A stretch of 24,000 nt of DNA from assembly GCA_964573105.1 (NCBI GenBank), contig CAZNIS010000012.1, forward strand, positions 74,095-98,094. The letters run 5' to 3'. The translations under genes and the position numbers were made by a program. The DNA comes from an uncultured Granulosicoccaceae bacterium. Its GTDB lineage: Bacteria > Pseudomonadota > Gammaproteobacteria > Granulosicoccales > Granulosicoccaceae. The notes beneath the pieces were generated by a model. That model was not told the origin of the DNA and searched no databases. It saw nothing but the letters and a program-made list of their open reading frames with translations. Position 1 is the stretch's first letter; each line of letters opens with the position of its first letter. Positions 8,731-16,833 of the stretch are shown one piece after another.

Positions 8731-9585
8731 ATGAGCGCACTCCACCCTCACCTGCGAATGCTGATGCGCCGGGTCCTGCGACCCGTCGCAAGCCTGCTCA
8801 TGCGCAATGGCATCGCCTTCGCCGACTTTGCAGACGTCGCACGAAAGGTGTTCGTCGAGGTCGCCGAGGATGAATTCGCCATTCCCGGGCGCAAACAGTC
8901 AGTCTCGCGCGTATCAGTGCTGACCGGCATCAACCGCAAAGAGGTCAAGCGCTTGCTGGCCGAGCGAGAAGCACCGGATGCCGAACGAATTGACCAGGCA
9001 ACCACTGCCAGTAGCAATAATCGCGCAGCGCGAGTCATCAGTGCCTGGCTTCGCGAACCGGACTATCAGGATGACAAAGGCAACCCTGCGCTGCTCAGTT
9101 GGGGCAAGAACGAATCAAACGGATTCGAAAGTCTGGTCAAGCATCACAGCGGGGATATTCCGGCGCGCGCCATACTCGATGAACTCAAACGCGTCGGCGC
9201 GGTGAGCATGCCGGACGAATCGACGGTAAAACTGCTGGCCCATGGCTATGTGCCCAGCGCCAGCAACGACGAACTATTGAAAATCTCGGCGCAGAGTGCG
9301 GGTGATCTGCTCGACACCATCGAGCACAATCTGGCTGCCAACGAGCCACTGTCACGCCTGCAGCTCAGCGTTGCCTACGATGATCTGCCAGCCCAATCGG
9401 TCGAGCTCTTCAGGCAACTGAGCACAGAAAAGGGACGCGAGCTACTCGTGTACCTGGATCAGTTTCTGGCCACTCAGGATCGTGGCAGCAATCCGTCGGT
9501 CAAGGGCAGCGGGCGTTACCGCGCCGGGCTTGGCGTGTACTACTTTGAAGAAGATCTTGGCGAGGACCATGCTGATGGCAATTAA
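8731..9585 (+). CDS. DUF6502-family protein (possible DNA-binding/regulatory protein)
   Basis: MLMRRVLRPVASLLMRNGIAFADFADVARKVFVEVAEDEFAI...KQSVSRVSVLTGINRKEVKRLL resembles the DUF6502 N-terminus, with an HTH-like VSRVSVLTGINRKEVKRL segment. Family assignment is from recognition, not a search. Confidence 0.75.
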   Translation: MSALHPHLRMLMRRVLRPVASLLMRNGIAFADFADVARKVFVEVAEDEFAIPGRKQSVSRVSVLTGINRKEVKRLLAEREAPDAERIDQATTASSNNRAARVISAWLREPDYQDDKGNPALLSWGKNESNGFESLVKHHSGDIPARAILDELKRVGAVSMPDESTVKLLAHGYVPSASNDELLKISAQSAGDLLDTIEHNLAANEPLSRLQLSVAYDDLPAQSVELFRQLSTEKGRELLVYLDQFLATQDRGSNPSVKGSGRYRAGLGVYYFEEDLGEDHADGN

Positions 9586-10951
9586 TCACTGTGGTCGCAG
9601 GTGCGCAGTCTGGGTGCTGGCATTGTTTGCGATCGCGCTGCATAGCTGTTCCGGAGGCATCTCCGGCACCGGCGATGGCGGCCCGATCATCGTGGTCACC
9701 AACACAGACCTCATCGAGTCGAGTTCAACTATCGGCACGGGTGACGGTGGCATCGACGGAACTACCGATGGCACCACCGACGGCACCGCGCAGACAGACA
9801 GCCCCGCTTCGCTAACGCTGCCAGTGCAAATCTACTATGCGTTTCCGGCACCACTGATCGCACTGCCCGACAGCGCAACGCCTGACACCTCGGTGTACGC
9901 TGCACTGCGCGAGCAATTCACCGCAGCGACAGATATTTTATTGGACGCACAAGTCTGGGTAGATCTCGTCAGCGCGCAACTGCCAGACACCACGAGTGCA
10001 TGCTTCGCCGATACCAGCTGCATCAGCAGTCAGCTCAGTACCGGTTATCTCTACTCCGCAGACACGCTGCAGAACGATTTAACGCGCCGGCTGAATTCGA
10101 TCGACCCGCTGTTACCGGAGGATACGCAACTGGCGTTTGAAAACTCGATTCGCGAACAGCTCAATGCCAACCTGAACACCGTGATTGACATTGGCGTCGA
10201 CAACGCCCTGTCTGTCACCGGCGATCAGCACAACATTCGACTGCAGTCAGGTGATGCCACGCTCGATCTGACCTGGCGCCTGGACAATGGGGTCACAGTC
10301 ATTCGTTACACCACACCCGCGATCACCCTGCAGGCCAGGCACCAAACAGATGCCAACCGTTTCACTCTGCGCTTCTACAACAGACAATCCACCTCTGTGC
10401 TCGCAGCTGCTTTTGAATCGGTTGACGGTGGCAGGCTGTTTGAAGGAGATCTGCATCGGGCAGGTAACACGCCTATGCAACATTACTTTCGCGGGTTCAG
10501 TAGCCAGCAGGGTGGTACGCTGATTGCGCGCGATCCAAACCGCGACGCCACACAATCTCTGTCACGCGAGCGGTATTTGTCCAGCGGACAGTTAACTTCA
10601 CAGCAAGTGTGCGATCGTTGCGAGGTGTCGGAGAACTGGCTGGAACAACTCGATAGCGCCACGCCTGATGACGCACAATACGTAGCCTTTGAAGAACGGT
10701 TTGGCGGATTCGAGCAGAGCATTGCCGATGACATCTCGCTGAGCAATCTCGACGCAACCATTGACGAATGGGTAGTCACCAACAACGAAAGTGAGCAGTC
10801 ACCCAATCTCAATGCCGCCTGCCACGGACAACGCGTTGGCGACGCGCTACGTAATATCTGCTGGACGCTCGCGCTCGATCCGGAGCAGGCCCGCACCTAT
10901 CGCGAGCAGCTTCAACCCAATGGCGACTTGAGCTATCAGTTACTTGATTAA
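9569..10951 (+). CDS. Hypothetical lipoprotein translationally coupled to the DUF6502 gene
   Basis: Start taken at MLMAINHCGRRCAVWVLALFAIALHSCSGGISGTGDGG, a lipoprotein-type signal. It overlaps the end of the upstream gene (stop at 9585). The ORF-track start at 9482 would place about 29 implausible residues before the signal peptide. Confidence 0.75.
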   Translation: MLMAINHCGRRCAVWVLALFAIALHSCSGGISGTGDGGPIIVVTNTDLIESSSTIGTGDGGIDGTTDGTTDGTAQTDSPASLTLPVQIYYAFPAPLIALPDSATPDTSVYAALREQFTAATDILLDAQVWVDLVSAQLPDTTSACFADTSCISSQLSTGYLYSADTLQNDLTRRLNSIDPLLPEDTQLAFENSIREQLNANLNTVIDIGVDNALSVTGDQHNIRLQSGDATLDLTWRLDNGVTVIRYTTPAITLQARHQTDANRFTLRFYNRQSTSVLAAAFESVDGGRLFEGDLHRAGNTPMQHYFRGFSSQQGGTLIARDPNRDATQSLSRERYLSSGQLTSQQVCDRCEVSENWLEQLDSATPDDAQYVAFEERFGGFEQSIADDISLSNLDATIDEWVVTNNESEQSPNLNAACHGQRVGDALRNICWTLALDPEQARTYREQLQPNGDLSYQLLD

Positions 10952-11005
10952 CAAGTATTGCAAAAGCACCTCAAGCGAAGCGCTGCATCCAGTTAGGTGC
11001 GGACA

Positions 11006-11722
11006 CTACATCGGGCAATAGACTGCACCCAGCATACGTCGCATCGAATTGTCCTGCACCAGTACAGCACAGCCGGTGTTCTCACCGGTTTTTGCTGCGG
11101 CAACGCGCAACGGATCAGCTTCGTCCGGGGACACTTGAGCCACCGGCACAAAGCTGCGCACGACGTGATGATTCTCCATGATCTTGCCCTTGTTTTCACC
11201 GGCAGACACGTCGGTGATCTGGTGGCGATCAAAATGGGCCAGCCAGATTGTCGCCGTCGATCCCAGCTCCCCCACAGAGATTTCCAGTTCGTCGTCGAAG
11301 CGCGTAATCTCGATCGTCAATTCCGGTACATCTTTGTCCAGTGCGCGCTGTACCTCAGCGCGGCGACTGCCCACAGCCGCGGTGGCACCGTTGACGATCA
11401 TCTGCGGCGTATAGACACCGGGACTACCCTGTAGTGACACACTGTTGTACTGACGCTGCCGGGTCGTGAAAGCGGCCTGAGAGAACGGATCTTTCCAGGT
11501 GCCGGCAGACCCATAGACGAGATCGTCCCAGTAGTCGACGTGAAACTCCAGCGCTACCACATCCGGGCGCTGTTCAATGACAGCGGCGAGAAATTCGTCA
11601 GCCGGTGGACAGGAGTAACATCCCTGTGAGGTAAACAACTCTATGACGGGTGCCGCATGGATACGCGCGGCGGGCAGCGAAAGGCAGATGGTCAACAGCA
11701 GTGCAGAGATTTTTGCAGCCAT
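11006..11722 (-). CDS. DUF1223-family thioredoxin-like exported protein
   Basis: Signal-like N-terminus MAAKISALLLTICLSLPAARIHA, then APVIELFTSQGCYSCPPADEFLA...VVALEFHVDYWDDLVYGSAGTWKDPFSQAAFTTRQRQY...GSPGVYTPQMIVNG, typical of DUF1223. Confidence 0.92.
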   Translation of the reverse strand: MAAKISALLLTICLSLPAARIHAAPVIELFTSQGCYSCPPADEFLAAVIEQRPDVVALEFHVDYWDDLVYGSAGTWKDPFSQAAFTTRQRQYNSVSLQGSPGVYTPQMIVNGATAAVGSRRAEVQRALDKDVPELTIEITRFDDELEISVGELGSTATIWLAHFDRHQITDVSAGENKGKIMENHHVVRSFVPVAQVSPDEADPLRVAAAKTGENTGCAVLVQDNSMRRMLGAVYCPM

Positions 11723-11807
11723 GGGGCAAGGTCCGTAACGGGTCGATGCACTCTATGACTCGATACGGCGAGATTGGTTTCCAATGCGCCAGCCAGTATG
11801 GCTGGAG

Positions 11808-12605
11808 TCAGTAGCGAAAGTGTTTGATCTGCTCGCCCTTGCTGCCGATTTCCATCATGGCCTCGATACCGATACTCAGGTGAATGTGCGACCAGTCCTG
11901 CGTGACGAGCTTGTCTGAGTGCTCCATCTTGACGCCATCCGGTGTGATCGGCACATCTGACACTAGCAACAGCGCACCGCGTGCGATCTGATTCGCATGC
12001 CCTGCGATGAAAATGGTAGCCGTCTCCATATCGATACCGATGCAGGTCATTTCATGGAGTTTGCGGTGAAATTCGCGATCGTGCTCCCAGACCCGTCGAT
12101 TCGAGGTGTAGATGACTCCGGTACGATATTCATACCCCCGGTCGGCGACTTTATCAGAGACAAACTTATGCAACTTAAAAGACGGCAACGCCGGTACCTT
12201 CGGGTGCAGGTAGTCGTCGCTTGTGCCCTCGCCTCTGATCGCGGCGATCGGCAGAATGAAATTACCAATCTCGGTCGAGGTCTTCAGCCCGCCACATTTT
12301 CCAAGAAACAATACACCGGCCGGATGAATCGCGGTCAGCAGATCCATAACAGTCGCCGCGTTGGCCGAACCGATACCAAAATTGATGATGGTGATGCCCG
12401 CCGAATTGCTGGCCGCCTGCATCGGTCGCCCCTCGCCATGAATCTCGCACTCGAAGCGGGCAGCGAATTGACGAACATAGTCGTAAAAGTTGGTCAGCAG
12501 AATATAGCGACCGAACTTCTCCAGTGGCATACCGGTGTAGCGCGGCAGCCAGTTGGCGGTGATTTCGGCTTTACTTAAGGTTTGTTGATCGTCCTGTAAC
12601 TGCAT
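11808..12605 (-). CDS. amn: AMP nucleosidase, short form (265 aa)
   Basis: TNFYDYVRQFAARFECEIHGEGRPMQAASN...ITIINFGIGSANAATVMDLLTAIHPAGVLFLGKCGGLK...GEGTSDDYLHPKVPALPSF...GIDMETATIFIAGHAN...LLLVSDVPITPDGVK: nucleoside phosphorylase fold with AMP nucleosidase motifs. Confidence 0.88.
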   Translation of the reverse strand: MQLQDDQQTLSKAEITANWLPRYTGMPLEKFGRYILLTNFYDYVRQFAARFECEIHGEGRPMQAASNSAGITIINFGIGSANAATVMDLLTAIHPAGVLFLGKCGGLKTSTEIGNFILPIAAIRGEGTSDDYLHPKVPALPSFKLHKFVSDKVADRGYEYRTGVIYTSNRRVWEHDREFHRKLHEMTCIGIDMETATIFIAGHANQIARGALLLVSDVPITPDGVKMEHSDKLVTQDWSHIHLSIGIEAMMEIGSKGEQIKHFRY

Positions 12606-12733
12606 AACTTATCGACCTCCGAATGGATGTCGTGGCTAGTGTACTCCAGCACCGGTTAAAACCAGTAGCGAAAAACCGCGATCAGCATTTGTGATTGAAA
12701 TTCAGCAGCTATCGATACCTGCCAAAACCGTAT

Positions 12734-14251
12734 TCAACGCGGGTTTAATTGTCCGTAGAGTCGTGCAAATCGCACACCCAGTTCACGCAGGCCGACAGCT
12801 GAAAAGTGTGACCCGTCAGTGTCGTCTTCACGCGCGGGCAGATCGGTGGCCTGCACGCAACCACTCAGCGGATCCGCATCGCGGTTCAGTGCCATCAAGT
12901 GGCGATTCACCCCCACTGCACGACGGGTTTCACCACAGATAAACACTGTCCGTCCCGGTGAGGCCCACGGCTCTGAACGAAAGTTTTTTATCAGTGCCTG
13001 CAATTTGATCGGATAGTAATTTCGGTAGTCGGGAGAGCTTGCAGGAATACCACTGGCCAGTGGGTCCGAGGTACCGTGGAACTGCCAGTCGGTCTCGCCC
13101 TGATGCCACAGAATGCCATCAATGGTGTCGCGATGGGGCAGCGCATCGAGTGCCGCCTGCACCTTATCGCTCACCTCGCGATAAAACGGGCCATGGCGAT
13201 CCCAGTGTGATATTCCCTTGCCCGGTGCAGAGGCTACGATAAAGGCCGGCACCCTGCCCGAGCCGGACTGAGCCAGCGCTTTGCCAAAGTGAAACGCGAA
13301 ATTGTTATAGGGACGGCGGTTCGGATTCTCCTTCGAAAAATTTCCCGGATGTCCGTTGCGATCCCATACCTGATGCAGATCTGCCGTTTGCCAGCCGGCA
13401 CTGGTCCAGGCAAAGACGCGCTGATCCGGCTGATCGAGGCCCGGGTCGTAGGCGGTCATCGAACCCAGCACGTTCGATTGCCCGGTCACCAGTATCACGT
13501 CGGTAATGTCGGCGAGCGTCAGCGCTTTTTGCGCTCCAGCGCCGCCGACGGCTTGCGAGACGCTGCGATCGGAGGTGACGAGACAGGTCTTGCCGCGCTG
13601 CCAGCCGATGCCGTCGCCGTCTGGATCCATATCAGCCCGCTCACACACGGCGACGCCCGCATCGCTGGCACACAGCGCGTTATCAACCCAGCCAATCCCG
13701 TCGCGATCCGGGTCCTGGCGTGGCGAGGTACAGCGTCGCAGACCGGGTGCGGTAACGCGAGCAGGCTCCGTCGCCGACGGCGTCACCGGTTTATTGGTGG
13801 TGCGCTGCACCATGCAACTGGCGTTGTTCTCCCAGCCGTAGCCATCGCCGTCCGGATCGCTGTCATCGCGTGTACAAGGCGGGTGCACACCTGTGGTGGC
13901 GGGTGCGGGTTTTTGATCCGCAACAGCGCCAGACGGCATTCGGCAGGAACGATTGTCTTCCCAGCCCCAGCCATCGCCGTCCGGGTCAGAGTTGGTCTGG
14001 CAGGTCGCGTGTGTCGGGGCCGAGTCCGCTGCACCCCCTGCGACAATACACGACGCCTGATTTTCCCAGCCCCAGCCATCGCCATCCGGATCAGAGGCCG
14101 CCGACTGGCAGACTGGGGTGGCGGCAGCGGCCGCCTCGATAAACGGTCCGATAACAAGACCCGCCAGCAAGGCGAGTGCGCTTCGTGAAAGAACGACATT
14201 GGGGATTGGCAAAGCGATTATTCCGATGCGCTGACGGGGACATCCCGTCAC
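12734..14251 (-). CDS. Secreted SGNH/sialate O-acetylesterase-like (SASA) hydrolase with five N-terminal Cys-bounded DPDGDGxGW repeats
   Basis: Catalytic-type motifs VILVTGQSNVLGS, DGILWHQGETDW and DGSHFSAVGLRELG, plus an N-terminal hydrophobic signal. ORF starts with GTG at 14251; the exact start is uncertain. Confidence 0.85.
   Translation of the reverse strand: MTGCPRQRIGIIALPIPNVVLSRSALALLAGLVIGPFIEAAAAATPVCQSAASDPDGDGWGWENQASCIVAGGAADSAPTHATCQTNSDPDGDGWGWEDNRSCRMPSGAVADQKPAPATTGVHPPCTRDDSDPDGDGYGWENNASCMVQRTTNKPVTPSATEPARVTAPGLRRCTSPRQDPDRDGIGWVDNALCASDAGVAVCERADMDPDGDGIGWQRGKTCLVTSDRSVSQAVGGAGAQKALTLADITDVILVTGQSNVLGSMTAYDPGLDQPDQRVFAWTSAGWQTADLHQVWDRNGHPGNFSKENPNRRPYNNFAFHFGKALAQSGSGRVPAFIVASAPGKGISHWDRHGPFYREVSDKVQAALDALPHRDTIDGILWHQGETDWQFHGTSDPLASGIPASSPDYRNYYPIKLQALIKNFRSEPWASPGRTVFICGETRRAVGVNRHLMALNRDADPLSGCVQATDLPAREDDTDGSHFSAVGLRELGVRFARLYGQLNPR
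13583..14110 (-). repeat. Five protein-level repeats C-x(18/19)-C with core DPDGDGxGWEN (residues about 48-223 of the 12734-14251 product)
   Basis: CQSAASDPDGDGWGWENQASC; CQTNSDPDGDGWGWEDNRSC; CTRDDSDPDGDGYGWENNASC; CTSPRQDPDRDGIGWVDNALC; CERADMDPDGDGIGWQRGKTC. Confidence 0.9.
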
Positions 14252-14329
14252 TCAGAATACCTGACAAATTGCCTGAATTGCTTTGATGCGCCTGAAGGGA
14301 ACTTGAACAACGGTAAACCGTTGACCCAA

Positions 14330-15343
14330 TCAGTCAACGAGGTTGAGATAAGCCTCAGCGTAGCTTTGACCGAGCGCTCGCAACCCCTCGGCTGTAAAGT
14401 GCACATATTCTGGCGCATCGTAAGTTGGCAAACCCTCACCACTGACGCAGGCCGTCCACGGATCGTTGTCGGTATTGAGCGCCATCAATCGGCTGTTAAT
14501 CGGTGCCTGCGCGGTCTCACCACAGATGAATGGCTTGCCGTTGTCAAACCAGTTTTCGCTGCGGAAATTAGAGATCAGGGCATACAGCTTATCGCTGTAA
14601 TATTCGCTGCCAACCATGACACCACCAAGGTCTGGATCGCTCGAGCCATTGATCACCCAGTCGGTCTCGCCCTGATGCCACAGAATGCCGTCAAAGGTGC
14701 TCTTGTGCGGCAACTCATTAAGTGCTGCCACCGCCTTGTTGCTGACCTGATTATAGAAATAGGTGCCATAGTCCCAGTGACTGATGCCCTCACCAGGTGC
14801 CGTCGCCAGCACAATGCCGACCACCCGATCGCTGTCGGCAGCCACCAGCTGTTTGCCAAAATGCAGGCCGAAGTTGTTGTGCGGATCGCCGTTCGGGTCG
14901 GTGCGCGGATTCCAGCCAAGATCCCACACCTGACGCAGACTGGCGCGCTGCCAGCCCTCGTCTGTCCAGGCATAGAAACGATCGACTGGCGCATCCAGCA
15001 CAGGATCGAAGTCAGTTTCAGCGCCGAGTGCATTTGACTGCCCGGTAATCAGCACCAGATCGGTGATACCGGATGGCATATCGACGACTGGTTTCGAATC
15101 GGGATCTTCGGGATCGGTGTTGTCACCCCCAACGACGATGACGGTATTACCGTCTTCCTCATCGCCACCCTGTGCCGCCGATGTATCGACCTCGGGCTCA
15201 GGTTGCGGCTGATTGCCAGACTCACCGCCAACCACAATGACAGTGCGGTCCTCGTCGCCATCGCCAGACGCGCACGCGGTTAGCACGGCCAACGCAACGG
15301 TTGTCAACGCTATACGCCAAGTCTGACTGAGTCTACCTTTCAC
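14330..15343 (-). CDS. SGNH/SASA-type esterase lipoprotein, paralogue 2
   Basis: MKGRLSQTWRIALTTVALAVLTACASG lipoprotein signal; LVLITGQSNALGAETDFD, DGILWHQGETDW, VHFTAEGLRALG. GTG start at 15343. Confidence 0.88.
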   Translation of the reverse strand: MKGRLSQTWRIALTTVALAVLTACASGDGDEDRTVIVVGGESGNQPQPEPEVDTSAAQGGDEEDGNTVIVVGGDNTDPEDPDSKPVVDMPSGITDLVLITGQSNALGAETDFDPVLDAPVDRFYAWTDEGWQRASLRQVWDLGWNPRTDPNGDPHNNFGLHFGKQLVAADSDRVVGIVLATAPGEGISHWDYGTYFYNQVSNKAVAALNELPHKSTFDGILWHQGETDWVINGSSDPDLGGVMVGSEYYSDKLYALISNFRSENWFDNGKPFICGETAQAPINSRLMALNTDNDPWTACVSGEGLPTYDAPEYVHFTAEGLRALGQSYAEAYLNLVD

Positions 15344-15625
15344 CTAAACGAACCCCCGGCCTGTATCTGGACACCAAGTGTCTCAATTGCGTTACACACC
15401 GACCGCGAGCCGTTTCAGGTTTCAGCGTTTTATGAGCACTGGCATGGCGAGTACTGTCGACCACGCCCGATTTGGCAGTCAGGAGTTAACAAGCCAGTAT
15501 TCGGCGTCCCCCGGGGGTTCTGAAGACGCATTTCAGGTTGTTCGCGAACTTATCCGCAGTATCCGGGCGCGTCAGGCGACGCGCCAGGGCCTTCCCGTCA
15601 GGAAATCACGAGATCGCAGGCAGTT

Positions 15626-16618
15626 TCAGGATCCGGGCGGACGAGGCTGCATGGTGATGTACTCCCAGGCGTAATTGCTGCCGATTCTGCGCAGCCCTTC
15701 AGCCGAAAAGTGGATGCCATCACCCAGCGAAGGATAGCCTTCGCCCTCAACACAGGCGGTCCAGTCATCGCCATCGGTATTGAGCCGATTGAGACGGTTA
15801 TTGACCGGCAGGCCAATCGTCTCGCCGCAGATGAAGGGCTTTTCGTAGCCGTACCAGCTCTCGTTGCGAAAGTTGGTGATCAGCTGGTTGAGCTTGGTGG
15901 TGTAGTAGTCCGAATCGGCCGCATCGGACTCGCCCTGATGCCACAGGATTCCGTCGAATGAGGATTTGTGCGGTATCTGATTCAAGGCGTTCAGCGCCTT
16001 GTTGCGTATCTGACCAAAGAACTCACCATCGAGATCCCAGTGCGCGATTTCGCGCCCGGGCGCGGTTATCAGCACGATGGCGACACGGCGATCCGTCCGG
16101 TTTTCCGCGATGGTCTTGCCAAAGTGCATGCCGAAGTTATTGAACGGCTCGCGATCGGGATCCGAGTCAGAGAAATTGCCCGGATGGGTCAGATCCCAGA
16201 ATTGGTGCAAATCGGCGATGCGCCAGCCCTGATCGGTGAACGCATAGACACGACTGTTGGGCCGGTCCAGATCCTCATCGAAGGTGGTTGACGCACCCAG
16301 CGCATTTGACTGCCCGGTGATCATCACAAGATCGGTGATCAAATCCAGCCGAACATCATCGGGAATGAAGAAGTCGTCCGGCTCGAATGGTTGTTCGGCC
16401 GGTTCAGGTTCCGGCGTGCCCTGGTCGGGGTTATCGCCGCCGGCACCACCGACGACCACCACCGTACCGGAGTCTTCGTCATCGTCTTCTGCGCTACCGC
16501 CGGCACAGCCATGCAAAAACAGCGCGGCCAGCAACAGCAGTACGCCAACGCATCTATGGACGCGCCATTCTGACAATCGAGTGTCATTTATTATCGGGAA
16601 ACTTTGCACTAGAGCCAT
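15626..16618 (-). CDS. SGNH/SASA-type esterase lipoprotein, paralogue 3
   Basis: LVMITGQSNALGASTTFD, DGILWHQGESD, DGIHFSAEGLRRIG; CVGVLLLLAALFLHGCAGG lipobox-like signal. Start taken at the ATG at 16618; the track start at 16687 is a TTG very close to a candidate promoter, so the start remains uncertain. Confidence 0.85.
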   Translation of the reverse strand: MALVQSFPIINDTRLSEWRVHRCVGVLLLLAALFLHGCAGGSAEDDDEDSGTVVVVGGAGGDNPDQGTPEPEPAEQPFEPDDFFIPDDVRLDLITDLVMITGQSNALGASTTFDEDLDRPNSRVYAFTDQGWRIADLHQFWDLTHPGNFSDSDPDREPFNNFGMHFGKTIAENRTDRRVAIVLITAPGREIAHWDLDGEFFGQIRNKALNALNQIPHKSSFDGILWHQGESDAADSDYYTTKLNQLITNFRNESWYGYEKPFICGETIGLPVNNRLNRLNTDGDDWTACVEGEGYPSLGDGIHFSAEGLRRIGSNYAWEYITMQPRPPGS

Positions 16619-16708
16619 CCGTTTGCAGCCATGCAGCTGGCTGCACAGCGCTATCAGCAGGGACTCTCTTTGAACTAGTGAGAGCAAGGGGGTTCAGTAA
16701 AAACCCGC

Positions 16709-16714
16709 ATTATA
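16709..16714 (-). promoter_or_regulatory. Candidate -10 (TATAAT) upstream of paralogue 3
   Basis: Perfect TATAAT on the minus strand (TTGCATATAATGCGGG). No convincing -35. Confidence 0.35.
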
Positions 16715-16833
16715 TGCAAGCCCCACCTGCAAAACCGGCGAATTTTCCTAACTGTAGGCTAGTGCACTCTTAAGATTTTCACTCATCCTGGCAGGCGCGG
16801 CCAAGTGCCGCGCGCCTGGATTGCCTTGCGCGC

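Noticed and set aside
9482-9568. Upstream extension of the lipoprotein ORF to 9482
   Set aside because: It would put about 29 residues before a normal lipoprotein signal peptide and overlap the DUF6502 gene far more. The ATG at 9569 (or 9575) is more plausible.
13289-14188. 299-aa plus-strand ORF with repeated HRFIG/AVAIRV-type segments
   Set aside because: Antisense shadow of the DPDGDGWGWEN repeat region. Its internal repetition simply mirrors the sense-strand repeats.
15508-15517. CCCCCGGGGG palindrome between paralogues 2 and 3
   Set aside because: Single short GC palindrome without a second copy or associated promoter or terminator features; expected by chance at this GC content.
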